Shown here: positions 24,139 through 36,300 of the stretch, piece by piece
Layout of the letters: each line of letters begins with the position of its first letter
How positions within the stretch are numbered: the first letter of the stretch is position 1
DNA from: Eukaryota sp. GEM-RC1
Taxonomy: Eukaryota
Length of the DNA stretch: 64,000 nt
NCBI GenBank assembly: GCA_040285855.1
Contig: JAUFOQ010000001.1
Span: 930,001 to 994,000 of the forward strand
Direction of reading: 5' to 3'
The notes under the pieces: generated by a model
What the model was told of the DNA's origin: nothing
The model's database searches: none
Seen by the model: only the letters and a program-made list of their open reading frames with translations
Made by a program: the position numbers and the translations under genes

Positions 24139-25731
24139 TTCTAAAATACCTGTATATATTCTGAATAAAAAGCCGCATCTATGTATTGAGAAAACGAACC
24201 GAAAATAACAACAAACTTTCTAACGACTTACTCTTTACAACAACAAATTGGCATGACACACCTTGTCCACAATAGAATTAAAAAATAGATTTAACGTATC
24301 TAGACATTCACACTCTTCGATTAGGTTATGCTGAACTTCTCCAAAAAAAAATTTCAACACATCTTTTCCAAAAGTAAATAGAAACTGTTTAGAAATATGG
24401 TGATAATAGAAGTTTCAAAATTTCAGGATCTCAAAACTCATTGTTTTTGGAAACAAATTAAGCAGTGAATCTATTGTATATATTTGTATATTAAAATAGT
24501 GACCGTGTAAATCCACCATGTAAATCCACCATTTGATGGAAAAGTTCAGAATGAAATGATTTATCTTCTTCTTTCTGTGCCATTATTGACCTGTTGTTGG
24601 ACAACTTACACGAAGGTAGACATGATATGACATGATACATGGTCCTTACTTATGTGGGCCGAGCCGGCTGGCTATAAGTTAATGACAGCGGGATCACGAG
24701 CTGAATTAGCTGGCCCATGCCGGCTTAAAGTCGAATCTCATGTAGTTGTCAACAAGCAGTAGATATCGAATTTTATAGCTTGTAGATGACTGGGTTTCAT
24801 GAAATAAGTCTCACACTACACACGGTTCTCTGTTTTACTTAGAGATTTGTTTTTGGACATCTATAAGCTATAAAACTGTATATGACGATAATTTATTGAC
24901 ACCGGAACATCTTTGTTGTTCTTTCGTTTATTAGATTAAAAACAATGGTTATAGATAAATAGCTTTACGGGAAAAAACTACAACTTGTGGGTACTAATGA
25001 TAACTTTGTCTTTTTTAATTGCAACTAATTTCGGTCTGCGCTAACATGTTACAGTTTAAAAAGTATCTTCGTAATTCAGTAAGAAATTGGTTCTGAACTC
25101 AACTATTTCTAAAAACAACGGCCACCGTCACTAGCCCTCTTCTGTTTCTCGAGTTTCGAGTCAACAATTGACGATAGTTTTTTTTGAAGAAGTTTTATTG
25201 CAGATATGATGAAATTAATACGTTAACACTCAAAGCAAGATTCCTTAGAATCGAACCTTGTTTAAATTTTGCTGATAGTGTTAATATCAAGATAGCTTCA
25301 AAAGGATGCTATTTATTGAAGATTTCTACAAATATAATATTAAAGATCGTAACCTTAGTGGATGCTAACAGTATAATCAAAAAGTTCTTGATCTCTTACA
25401 TTGAAGCTCCGGGTGTGGTCTACTTACACCTTTCTTCAAGAAAAGTCATATACATACAACTTTCAGAGATAGTAGTTAGCGTGGAGTCTAGTGAAGTTAC
25501 CCCAACTGATTTCATCTTCAACTGCATCACGTCACCATCAACATTGAGTCAAAGAAAGAGAAGGTATAAGTACTGAAAGAATCTGTTTTCAAGAGATTTT
25601 GTAGTGTTTCCCAGTTCCAGTTTTTTCATCTCCTTTTCATTTCATGTTTCACCTTAATAAAACCTCCTCAAGCATGTTCCGTTTAATTGATAATAAGTCT
25701 CATGAACAGCTGGAGAACCGTTATCCACAGT

Positions 25732-27383
25732 CTAACTAACAGTGTTAGAACGAAGGTAAGGAGCTCGGACACGCTTAACACGTTGTTGGTCGAGTATCTT
25801 GTATTCAAGTTCCTTACGCTCCTGTTCTGATCTAAACCTACACACTTGTAAACGATCGTTCGTTCCAGGAATCAACTTTTCATTCATTTCTAGAAGAGCC
25901 GCATTAGCTTCTTCTGACTTCTCAAAACAAACATGACCAAATCTCCTACTTTCACCAGTAACAGTCTTCATCACAATTGCAGAAGTGACGGCACCAAAGG
26001 GATAAAACATTTGGTAGAGAGAGTCGTCTGTTGTGCTGGGCGGAAGTGAACCCACCCAAAGAGTTTTGTGTTTGGATGCTTCCTGGAGTTCAGTGCAGGT
26101 ACGGTTATACTCTTTTTTAAGAACTGCAGCTGCAAGTTGTTCTGGTTGGAGAAACCTGATAGCAATCGGAACTTTTCCAAATGCACAGGATAGATGAAGC
26201 TCCTGTACAGCATTGATAGCTTGTTCAACATTGGCGAAAGAAGCAATACCAGCTTTTTGATTTCTGGATTTTATTGTTATAAGGCGATGAGATTTGATCT
26301 CACCAAAAGGAGACAATATTTCCAAAAACTGTTCATTTGTTAAATCGATGGGAAGTCTCGTGACAGTAACAGTGAGCTGTGCAGGGATACCGTTAACCAG
26401 CCTGAAACGTGGGGTTGGTGGATGGAAAAAGTGAACTGATATGGGAGAGGTTGAGTCCGGATCTTTACTAGAGCCAACTTCCTTACCATGCATTGCATCA
26501 ATGGCTTTGATTACACTTTGAGGGGTATCAAATTGGATAAAAGCACGTCCTTTGCATTTCCCTTGATCGTCGGTATTCACCATACCTGACATAATTTTTC
26601 CAAAAGGGGAGAAAAGTTCTTCCAACCTCTTTCCATCAATGTTGGGATGTAAACCAGTGATGTATATCTGACCTAAATTACTCTTTAGATTGGAATGTTT
26701 AAACTTTGTTGTAGAAGGAGTTTGATCACTGACGTTTAAACGACTCGAAGAGACAATATCAGGATTAGAAATATTGTCCATGGTTTGTGATGGATCACGT
26801 GACGCATCACGTGACGCAGAAGGAGACCTTGTAGCAGTAAATGGATCATCAACGATAGGTGAATCGATAGACTTTTTACTGGAGTGTTCCTTGAACTTAA
26901 CTCTAAGTAAACCTGCTCCCCAATCCTCGTTTTGAAGTTGAACTAGAGCTGACTTAGCTTCTTGATTAGAAAAGAAGTCACAGAAACCAATGACCATGGA
27001 GTCCTTTGAAGTAGTTTCTAAGTGTAGTGATCGAACGTTACCGAACATCTGACACTTGTGAGTGAAAATTTCTATTGTTAAAGTTTGAGGAATGTTTTCA
27101 ATAATCAGAGAGGTCTGCATAAGTCCATTTCTTGGACGAGAATGGTGGACTTTGATTGAACAACCACGGAGATCTTCTTGGGAGAAGTCATTGATAACCT
27201 TGTTGACGTCAATGATATTGTTGAAGGCTATAGTGGCAAAAAGGAATCTGGTCCTTGGTTGTCCCGTTTAACTTCACAGGAAGCAATAGTTCCATAACGA
27301 TAGAATGCATTACGTAAGTCGTTGGTGGTGACATCAAAAGTTAGACCTGTTACGGTGATGACATTGGTTGGAAAACTCTTCAT
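25732..27383 (-). CDS. Multi-RRM RNA-binding protein (five RRMs, PABP/ELAV-like); frameshift near 27240
   Basis: ORF 25732-27120 has four RRMs (e.g. KGRAFIQF, RRFGHVCF). Upstream ATG 27383 gives MKSFPTNVITVTGLTFDVTTNDLRNAFYRYGTI.., and after +1 nt ..FATIAFNNI..LRGCSIKVHHSRPRNGL joins MQTS in frame, adding a fifth RRM. Confidence 0.8.
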
Positions 27384-27431
27384 TTCTTGAGAGAAGTGTG
27401 GAAGGAATTGAATTTACCTGAAGAACATGTA

Positions 27432-28242
27432 CAGTCTACCCTGGATATAGTGTGCTCATTTTGGTACGCACTATATCCAGAAGCGCACTATATAGAGTAA
27501 AATGATTGTGCACGATGATCGTTGTATCTATAGTCTTTATTGTTTATAAACTAGGTTCTCAGTACATTTGTCTAGAAGATGAGCAAGGTCACGGTTCTGG
27601 AACAGCTGAAGACCGGGAGTAGTGCTCGTGCAATTTTATGGGTGTGGTTTGCGGTGAAAGTGTGTACATCCAGATTCCTAATCAATTGACTAAGAAACAC
27701 TTAGTTCTCTTCCAATTCAACATGAGAAAGACAAGAGTGAAGTTGTGAAAAGGTCAGACGGATCACAAAACCTCACAAGCGTAGTTTTCAAGTAATCTAC
27801 GACAGGAAGTGGTGCGTACAAAGTTCTGAAGGACCTCAAACACAATAAAAGCCCACCACTCGCTGAGCAAGTGGTAAATCTCACAATTCTTCTCAACATC
27901 AGCAAAATGGACACCCAATGCATTGTTAATGACATCTGTTCCTTCTATATCAGTAGAGAGAGGAGATGTCAAGAGAAAACTGAGATGCTCTCAGTGAAGA
28001 ATAGAAGTTGTCTCAGATAAAGAGTAACGTCCACAAAGATCACGGAAGCAACTGTTGATGTAGTCTCATATTGAGAAAGGATAACGCGATGAAGTTTATT
28101 GAAGGAAGAAGACTATAACAAACGTAATGGAATGCACCAAAAGAGAACATGGCACAACAGAAGGAGATATGATATACCAACAGAGTTGGAGGAGACAAAA
28201 TGTCTGGTAGTGAAAAGTGCGCACTATATCCAGGGTAGACTG
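27432..28242. mobile_element. Tc1/mariner (pogo-like) non-autonomous element, 811 bp
   Basis: 21-bp TIR CAGTCTACCCTGGATATAGTG / CACTATATCCAGGGTAGACTG. TA on the left flank, AA on the right. A minus-strand relic FTANHTHKIARALLPVF resembles the pogo DDE motif LPxNxTHxLQPLDxxVF. Confidence 0.8.
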
Positions 28243-28579
28243 AACGTTCAGAAACTTGCTTATCTGATCCCATTTTCTCACATCTCAATCACATCTGAAT
28301 CCGAATAAAACGGCCACACACTGGATCTGATCTGAACGCCCAGTGCTAACCAGCAGTAGTGGTTTGTATTTTTGTCAACTCTCAACTCTCGTTCTAGTAC
28401 ATCCGGAAGTTCTCAAGATGAAAACTTCACTATTTATTAGTGGTTGTATTCACTAAAAACTATGAGAATTAAAACATAAAAAACCGTGTACATTCAATGC
28501 AGAATACTTAGTCGTTATCAAGTACACGTTAAAGAGACATTTACTAGAAATTGGAAAAACGTCAGCAAGGAGAACGAAT

Positions 28580-29012
28580 CAGACAGCGTACCAGAGTTAG
28601 GTTGCAGGGAGGAGATACCTAGAAGAGGAGGAAACATTGAACACTTCAACTGCTAGTAAGTGTTACATTATCATCAAATGAACGACTACTCTTCAGTGGA
28701 GGTTCAGGATTAGTCATGTACTAGTAGATTTGTTAAAAGAACACAAGAACATCGGTCTCCTGTCTAGGTTGTGATCTCATTTACTTATCATTCTCTATTG
28801 CTTCTAATGTCATTCTCTCTTCCATCAGACCGATGAAACCAAACCATTTAGTTTGGCGGGGAATCAATCGAACTAAACAATCCACTCCATTCCGATCCCT
28901 TTAGTTCTTAGAGTTTGGGGATACAATTGAGAACCCCATAGACTTCTCCCATCTCGCCGTCGATTGTGACAACTTTTTCGCTTTCGTCAAGTCCTTCTTC
29001 GGAAAGTCATTC
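28580..29012 (+). pseudogene. BTB-family 5' pseudogene fragment together with its upstream flank
   Basis: 28580-28810 matches 7920-8125, the upstream flank of the BTB-SPRY gene. 28807-29012 is a deleted copy of the first BTB codons. Confidence 0.8.
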
Positions 29013-30004
29013 AGGAATATTCTGTGTCTAGTGTTTCATACCTTATATTTTGATATGTATTTTGATAGTATTAAATGATCTTTTTTATTTGATGATTAAA
29101 AGAGACTATCTGTTGTATGGTTGATGGAAAAAATGACCTGATCATATTGTTTGTGAAATCCGATTCAAAAGTAAGAAAACCCAAAAGAATGGAGTCTTGG
29201 TCATTGGGAGAGTAATTAAGAATTGCTATAATAGTCATTCAGTAATTAATCTGCTCCAAACGAGTTGATTTCAAAGAAGTAACTGGCTGTGAGTATAGTT
29301 GTACAAACTTTCACAACATCTACATCATAAAAAAGGTCGAACAGTATTTCAATGCGTTTGTCCGTAAAATCTTTCCATTTGTTTCGTATGTCGAGAAAGA
29401 TGTCCCTTTTAAAGATTCTGTATTTGGAATTTACTCAGTTTGGTAATTTCTGTGTACTCTGTAGATTCAGACGGACATCCGTATCTGCGTTATTGAAGTT
29501 GTATCTTAAAATAAAATGATATATGCTGATCCGTTAAAGCTCAGAAATTATGATTTTGACTTCAAATGATGAAAGTTATAAAGTGTAACTTCTTTGCCTG
29601 TTTGTGGGAAAAAACTTGTACTTGTAATAGAAGGACAAAACATTTTTTTGATTGTTTGTTTCTTAACGTGTTCCAAAAAAAGTTGGACTGAATATATCGG
29701 TTGTCTGGTACAAATGTCACGAAATCACCAACATTATTTCCCAGTATATTTTTGCGGACAACGTCGGTATAATAATTGCTGATTCTGAGACATATAACGC
29801 TGTTGTGTCAATTTCTTTAAGTTTCGAATCCTGGTAGGATCAATTATCATTTCCTGATCTATTGAGATTGAGACACGCTTCAAGTTTAATACTATTCTAT
29901 CTCACCCATTTTCATTCAACGTTTATTGTGTGGACTTTAAACCAACCCAACAAACTTTCGCCATTCTTAATAGTTGAATTTTTGATGTTCAACATTGAAT
30001 CTTC

Positions 30005-30170
30005 AGGGCTTACTTCTGATTTAAGAACGCAAAATACTGGTTTGAAGGTAACAATTGCCGATTGATTAACTGATAATCATAATTTAATCGCTGCAAATTC
30101 TAAATCACTTAACGAAAGTGCTAAATTGTAACAAGAAATTAAACAACTTACAACGACAGCTGCAGAAATG
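30005..30170 (+). pseudogene. Coiled-coil fragment of the BTB-SPRY family
   Basis: ACTGATAATCATAATTTAATCGCTGCAAATTCTAAATCACTTAACGAAA..CAAGAAATTAAACAACT matches 15095-15195, with stops. Confidence 0.65.
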
Positions 30171-30388
30171 ACATTCAACTAACATCTCAATATAACATTT
30201 ACAATACTGCTTAACATTCTGAATACCAGTTTACCCGTGATCTCCTGCTCTTTTGACCAGTACAGATGGGCGAAAAGGAAGCAGTAAAGAATCAAAAAAT
30301 GGAATCTATTAAAGCTTATGAACTGTGTAAAAGTCTTTGATGTTTATTATTAAAATAAGTACTATAAAATCAAATTTATTTACAAAAT

Positions 30389-33300
30389 CTACACACGTGT
30401 TTGGTCTACTAATTCCAAAGCTTTGCAGGATTTTCCAGCAGAGAAGTCACCAAACAACTCATGTTGAGAAACAGTAGTAATATAGTCCACAATTCTGGCA
30501 TCAGAACTTACAGAATCACCTCGAAGACATCTTATACAGAAAGATTTTAAAATTTCCAGAGATTTGACTCCTAGTTGCTCCTGCAACTCTTCAAGTTTGT
30601 CCTCGTCATCCAAGTCAATATCATCCTTATAGTCAGCTGGAATCCTTCTCAAAAGTTCATCAATGGGAACTACCTGCTCAATTAAGAGAATTAGACTGGG
30701 TAAAGAAGGTACGGGAAGTAGAAGTAGTTGAGGTGGTAAGACCCGTTCAAGGTCTTCAGATTCATGCACGTCATCAAGAGTCCATTGGATGACTACATCA
30801 CGGTCAAAGTTTGGTTGTACCACTTTGTTTAATAAAAACTCTGCTAAATCACATAATTCGTCTAAACAGTTAAACAAATCATCAGCCGAAAGTTGATTCA
30901 AGAAATTTGAAATTTCTTGTGGTACGGGCATAAAGTCACAGAAATCTGTTGAAAATGAATCCATAAAGTCGTAAATCACGAAATTGTTCCGACCAGAAAA
31001 TTCTGGAAACGTAATCATGGGTCTGTTCAAATGACAGTTAATAACTGGCTCATAGATTGATCCTAAGGTTTGAACATCATTTGACAAGGGATTAAATGTA
31101 TAACCAACTCGAATTAATGACAAGTCAATGAAATTGTGAGCATCACAATTGAATAAGTCAATTGCCAGGAATTTGAATTATTGATACAAAATTGATTATG
31201 AGTGTTGACAATAGTTTTTACCAGGTCGTAAAACATTCTACCAGAATCAGACCTTGTAAAACTAAACAAAGAAATGCCCATGTTTGGATCTAATTCTTGT
31301 GGGAATTCGTGTGTTTTGCACTCAATTTTGATAGAAAAGGATTCAAATGGTCTTGAGAAAGCTCTAATGAGGTGGTTATAAGCAGTAAAAGCATCATTAA
31401 AAATAGAACCAAGCTCTGAATAACTATTCAAAGCGTCTTGAATGGTATCAGTCATGTTGAAAGTATTACGATGATCACGACACCATTGGATGAATTTTAA
31501 AAATGGTCGAAGATGTTCTGCAGCTTCCATGTGAGCTTGAATTTGGTTGATTTCAGAGGAATCCAATGATTCAAATTTCTCAAATATTAAATCTTGAGGA
31601 GAAATTTCAATGTGAGTTGTTCCAATGAATCCAGCTAATGAGCACGGGTCAATGCTATCAATAGTTTCAGTACTGATTTCAGGAAGAAAAGCAGATAAAT
31701 CAAAGTTTCGAGTGGGTTCAATACGGATATTTCTTAAGTCGGAAAGCATTTTCATTAGTTGGGTTTCCACACTTCTTTTTCCTTCAATTGAGGACAACTC
31801 TCCTGGTCCAATTTCAAAGTTTTCATTTAAATTTCTAATCTTGTTCGACATAATGAAAGGAACATTACCGCTATCACATCTTAGTCTAGACGCAATCAGG
31901 TCATTAGTAGAAATCAATAGATCACGTAATTCTGAAAGACCATTTGACACTTCTAAAGTAGCAGCCACTTCATCAACAAAAGATGGTTTCACCACACATC
32001 TAGCGATAAAAGAACAGATAACTAAATACAACAACTGTAGATAGCTAAGTTTTTCTGTAAAAGGAATATATTCAGACAACATATTTGAAATACTTCTGAA
32101 ATTTGGTTGAAAAGCTACCAGCCCCTTGGTAACTGATTGTTGGCAATGATCCCACAACAATCTGTTGTAAATTTCTTGAGCACTAGTACCAGAAGCAATA
32201 CCACTAGAATCCAAAACCTGAAGAAGGTTATGACCACAACCTTCACGAGGACACACTGAAGTTCTCAAATAGTGACCAGTAATCTTTTGCGTGATTCACT
32301 AACAAAATCAGGACAATCACGACCAATACCTACAGGAACTGGAGTAAAACAATGAGGACAATACCGAAGATATTTGACAATTCGTTTTTCCCCAAAGAAA
32401 AACTTTGCCAGGTCGTGGTGAGGCCACATTGCTGGTAAATAGAAATTATTAAGATCATCGCAGTTAATCAGAAAGGAGAAAGTAGGGCAACTGAACATTT
32501 CAATAATTGGAACAAGCAATGAGTACTGTGTACAATGAGTACAATCATTGAAGCAAGTAAAAACACGAGTGACAGACGGAGGAATCGAAACTGAAATTTG
32601 ACTGGCAAACCAAAGTCGAAGAGTGTCATAATTGATTGATTGATCAGAGACACCAGATTCCAACAACTGAGTGAACGTATCATCAGAAAGCCAATCAGTT
32701 TCATAAACAACTGGCTTGAATTTAATAAGTGACGAATTAATTGAATCTAAAAGAGATTTGACCTGAGCTTCGGACAATTGACCTCGACAATTCTCAATGA
32801 AATTTTTCAAAATTTCAATGACTTCTGAAGAATACTTTGTACGAGATAAGAACCTCGGAAGACACGTGGAAACACCCATCAAATAAGTCCAGGAATCACT
32901 AACAGAAAGACACCGTTCTACTGCAACCGTAGGTAAATGACGATCTTGTTCTAAGAATTGTTTTACTTTGATAAAGAATAACTTGGAGAAGAATAAAACT
33001 CCAATGTAATTTGATTGGTCAGCCACTAGACCTTGAAGAATAACTTCAAAAGATTCGTCAGAACTTTCCAGATATTCATCCAAAACACAACTCAAGGAAG
33101 CAAACAGTGTTGATAGTAATTGAGTATTGGATTCGAAACGAGACAAAAAGTCTGAGAGAAGGTGCTGCAACTGAGTGAAATTAGCCAATGAAAGTGGCCC
33201 ATTTTGATCTACAAACTGTTTAACAACTTGATTAAACAGAATGTGAGATAAAACTCTAACGTGGTCGACATTTAACGGAAGTAGAAGGTTAGGATTTAAC

Positions 33301-36300
33301 AAGAAATCAGAAGGCAAAACATGAAGCAAAGAAGCCAAAAGAGACAAAAATGAAGCAGAAACCTCAGAACGTGATTCAAGACTAGATGTGATCCAGCTGA
33401 TGACGTCATCAATCTCAGTGATTGGACTAGAACTAATCAAATCCTGATCCCAATCAAAGAAGTAAAGAGTCCTCAACCAAGTCAATAAGATCAAAGACAG
33501 GTCAGGAGTCTCCGACAGTGGCCGTACTCTCAACAGACCTTCAGCCAACACACTAGGAGAAGTTCCATTAAAAGCTAGTAAATGACCAGCCAAGATAACA
33601 AAGTCAGTGGTGTTCATGTTATTAAATTGAGCATTGAGTTGGTTACAAACACTGCGAGATATTCGAGTAGTCATGTCATCTATTGCTGAACAAACGGAAA
33701 TGCAAACTTTTAAAATGGAATCAAGTTGACTGCTTTGGAAAAATGTATTAATCTGAAGCTCAGTGAAGTTCCAGTATTTCAACATTTCAACATAATACTC
33801 ATTGAGATCAAGCTTATTCAGTTCATCTTTGAGTGCGCAAGGAAGTCGCTGGAATACTTCAGTAATGAAATCAGTGGAATTTCTAGAGGGTTGAGATACA
33901 GCGTATTCAATTAAACGAGCAAAGAAGTATAGAAAAGGAAGAGAATTTGAGGAATCAATTAGTCCAAATGGAATGTATTTATCAGACGAAGGTCTTGAGA
34001 TTTCTGAAAGAGCTTGGAACTCACCAGAAAGAGAATTTAATAAAGCATCTGAGCCCTTGAATATAAAATTGAAATAATTTAGCAAATTTGAAGGTGTCTC
34101 CTGTGAAAATAATAGAGATGACGTGAGAAAGTTCAGGATTGGATCCATATGTGATGAAAAGATCTCTTTAATTTGATCAAAAACAGCATCGTTTAAACAG
34201 GAAAATCTTTCAATGTTATCATCAGTAATGTTAATAGACTTTTGAGAATCTGGGATTGTAGAGTTGATAAACCTTGTTAAAGGTCGTACAAATGATTCTA
34301 ATTGACTTTGATTTCCTTCATCAAAGAGGTAATGTACAAAAAAGCGAGAAATCTCATACAACTTTTGATGACTAATTCGATAAGTTCTTAAACAGCGGCA
34401 TATTAATTCATGAATTATAGCTGTTCTAGTTCCTGACTGTAACTTTCCAAGTTTGAAATTAGAAGCTTCGCTTACTTGATGAATCAAAGGTTTGGGATAA
34501 CAAATAGCATCTGCAAAGTATAGACTAAATCTATCCAAAGGAGAAACATATGATCCATGTCCATTGATAACCAAAACTGCCACGTGGCACTTGAGATCAA
34601 GAGAAAAAACCAGGGATGAAACAGTGGGAAGATGAACCAACTCATCATTCGTGATTACAATCATGAGCAGAGAAGTCGAATCATTTTTGATTTCAGTGAC
34701 TTCTGAGGACAATAATTCGTCTAATTCGTCATTACATGTGGCAGGGGAAACTGAAACCACTATAAACTTTCCATGTGGGAAACGAGAGAATGCACGTGGT
34801 TCACAAAAGTGAGATGAAAACACTAGAATTCTGAAAGGTCCATGTTGGGGAACGTTGTCCACATGATATTCAATGACGTCATCAAGGCTCATAAATCCCC
34901 CGAGTGTTACATTATAAGATTTCAAACGATTCTCATATGAGGTTTTTTGCGATAACATTCGGGCAGAATTAAGAGGAACTTGCAGACGGAAACACATTTG
35001 TACAAAGTGGGACTCACTGCCTAGAACAGCTGCTTCAGTAACAAACTGATTAAAATCAAGGCCATTAATAAGATGTAAACCAAATACACGGTAGTACCAC
35101 CGATAGTTTTCTTGATCTTGTGGAGATAACGAACTGCTATACATATCAAAGAGATTGATCTTCTCCATACGGTTAAGTAAAGCAGATGGTAGATCTTTGA
35201 GTTCCTCCATTGAAGAAACAATTACAACTCTGGTCTTAGGATCGACAGATATAGTGCTATTAGCACCATGGCCTAGAGCGATTCTAGCTATACCAAGCTT
35301 ATCTCTGTTAGTTTTAATGTAATTTCTATTAAGTAAATCAAATAAGGCGCCAATAATATTCTGTTGGGAAGATAATACGATAACCTTACCAATTGAAGCA
35401 AAATGGATAATCTTACTCAATTGCTTGTACGAAAAGTCTCTATATGAGTCAGACGTGTAGTTACTTCCTGGGAGTTCTTTGATATCATTATGACGGTCAG
35501 TTTGATTCAAGATTCGACGTACTAGAGTCATGGATCCTAGTAGCAGCAGGTGACGGGCAGCAGATGAGTTATCATTCAAACTGGTTTGAATGGTGTTAGT
35601 AAACAAATTTGTTAGAGGAATTGAAGACAAACACTCATTAGTAAAACGACCAAACCAGAAATGAAATCTGTCTGCGTATGTCTTGTAGTTAAACAGTTCA
35701 CGGATAGATGAAGGCTCAATAGAACTGAACAAAAGACCTCGATCTTCGTCAGAAATAAGGGTAAAAAGATGATCAAAAACAATATTGTCTACAGTTTGCC
35801 ACAATTGGTGCATTCTGTCAATAATAGCAGTAACTTCTGGAGAAAAGGTATACATGGAAAAAAGTGGAAGACCTCCATAGGCTCTGGTGAATGAACTTAA
35901 CATGTCTGGATTGGGTGAAGAGAAGAACTTAGCGAAACAATAGATATCACGACTTCCAAAAAGGAAGGTATAATCTGAGCAGCGGCATGTGATAAATCAT
36001 GATGGCAGACAACAATGTCATGTATATCAGAACGTCCTAATTTGTTTTTGTTAAATCATTAATAGTTTCAAAAGTTTCTTGTGCCGAAGGAGCTGGACGA
36101 CAAACAATAAGACTACGAGACGAAGGAGCTGCATCAAACCCAAAATTAGACACTCCAATAAAGGAAAACAGTGGCAAACGATCTCTTGGTTCTAGCACAG
36201 AGTGTAGAGCTTTGAGTGGTCTAGCAGGAGAATCTTGCATAAGAGAAAGCTCGTCAATAATTAGAACTGCACGTGATTTTGAAGTGGGATCAAGAGTTCT

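Noticed and set aside
25184..25576. 130-aa ORF as a real gene
   Set aside because: It has a non-ATG start and no recognisable domain. It may be a decayed fragment but cannot be supported.
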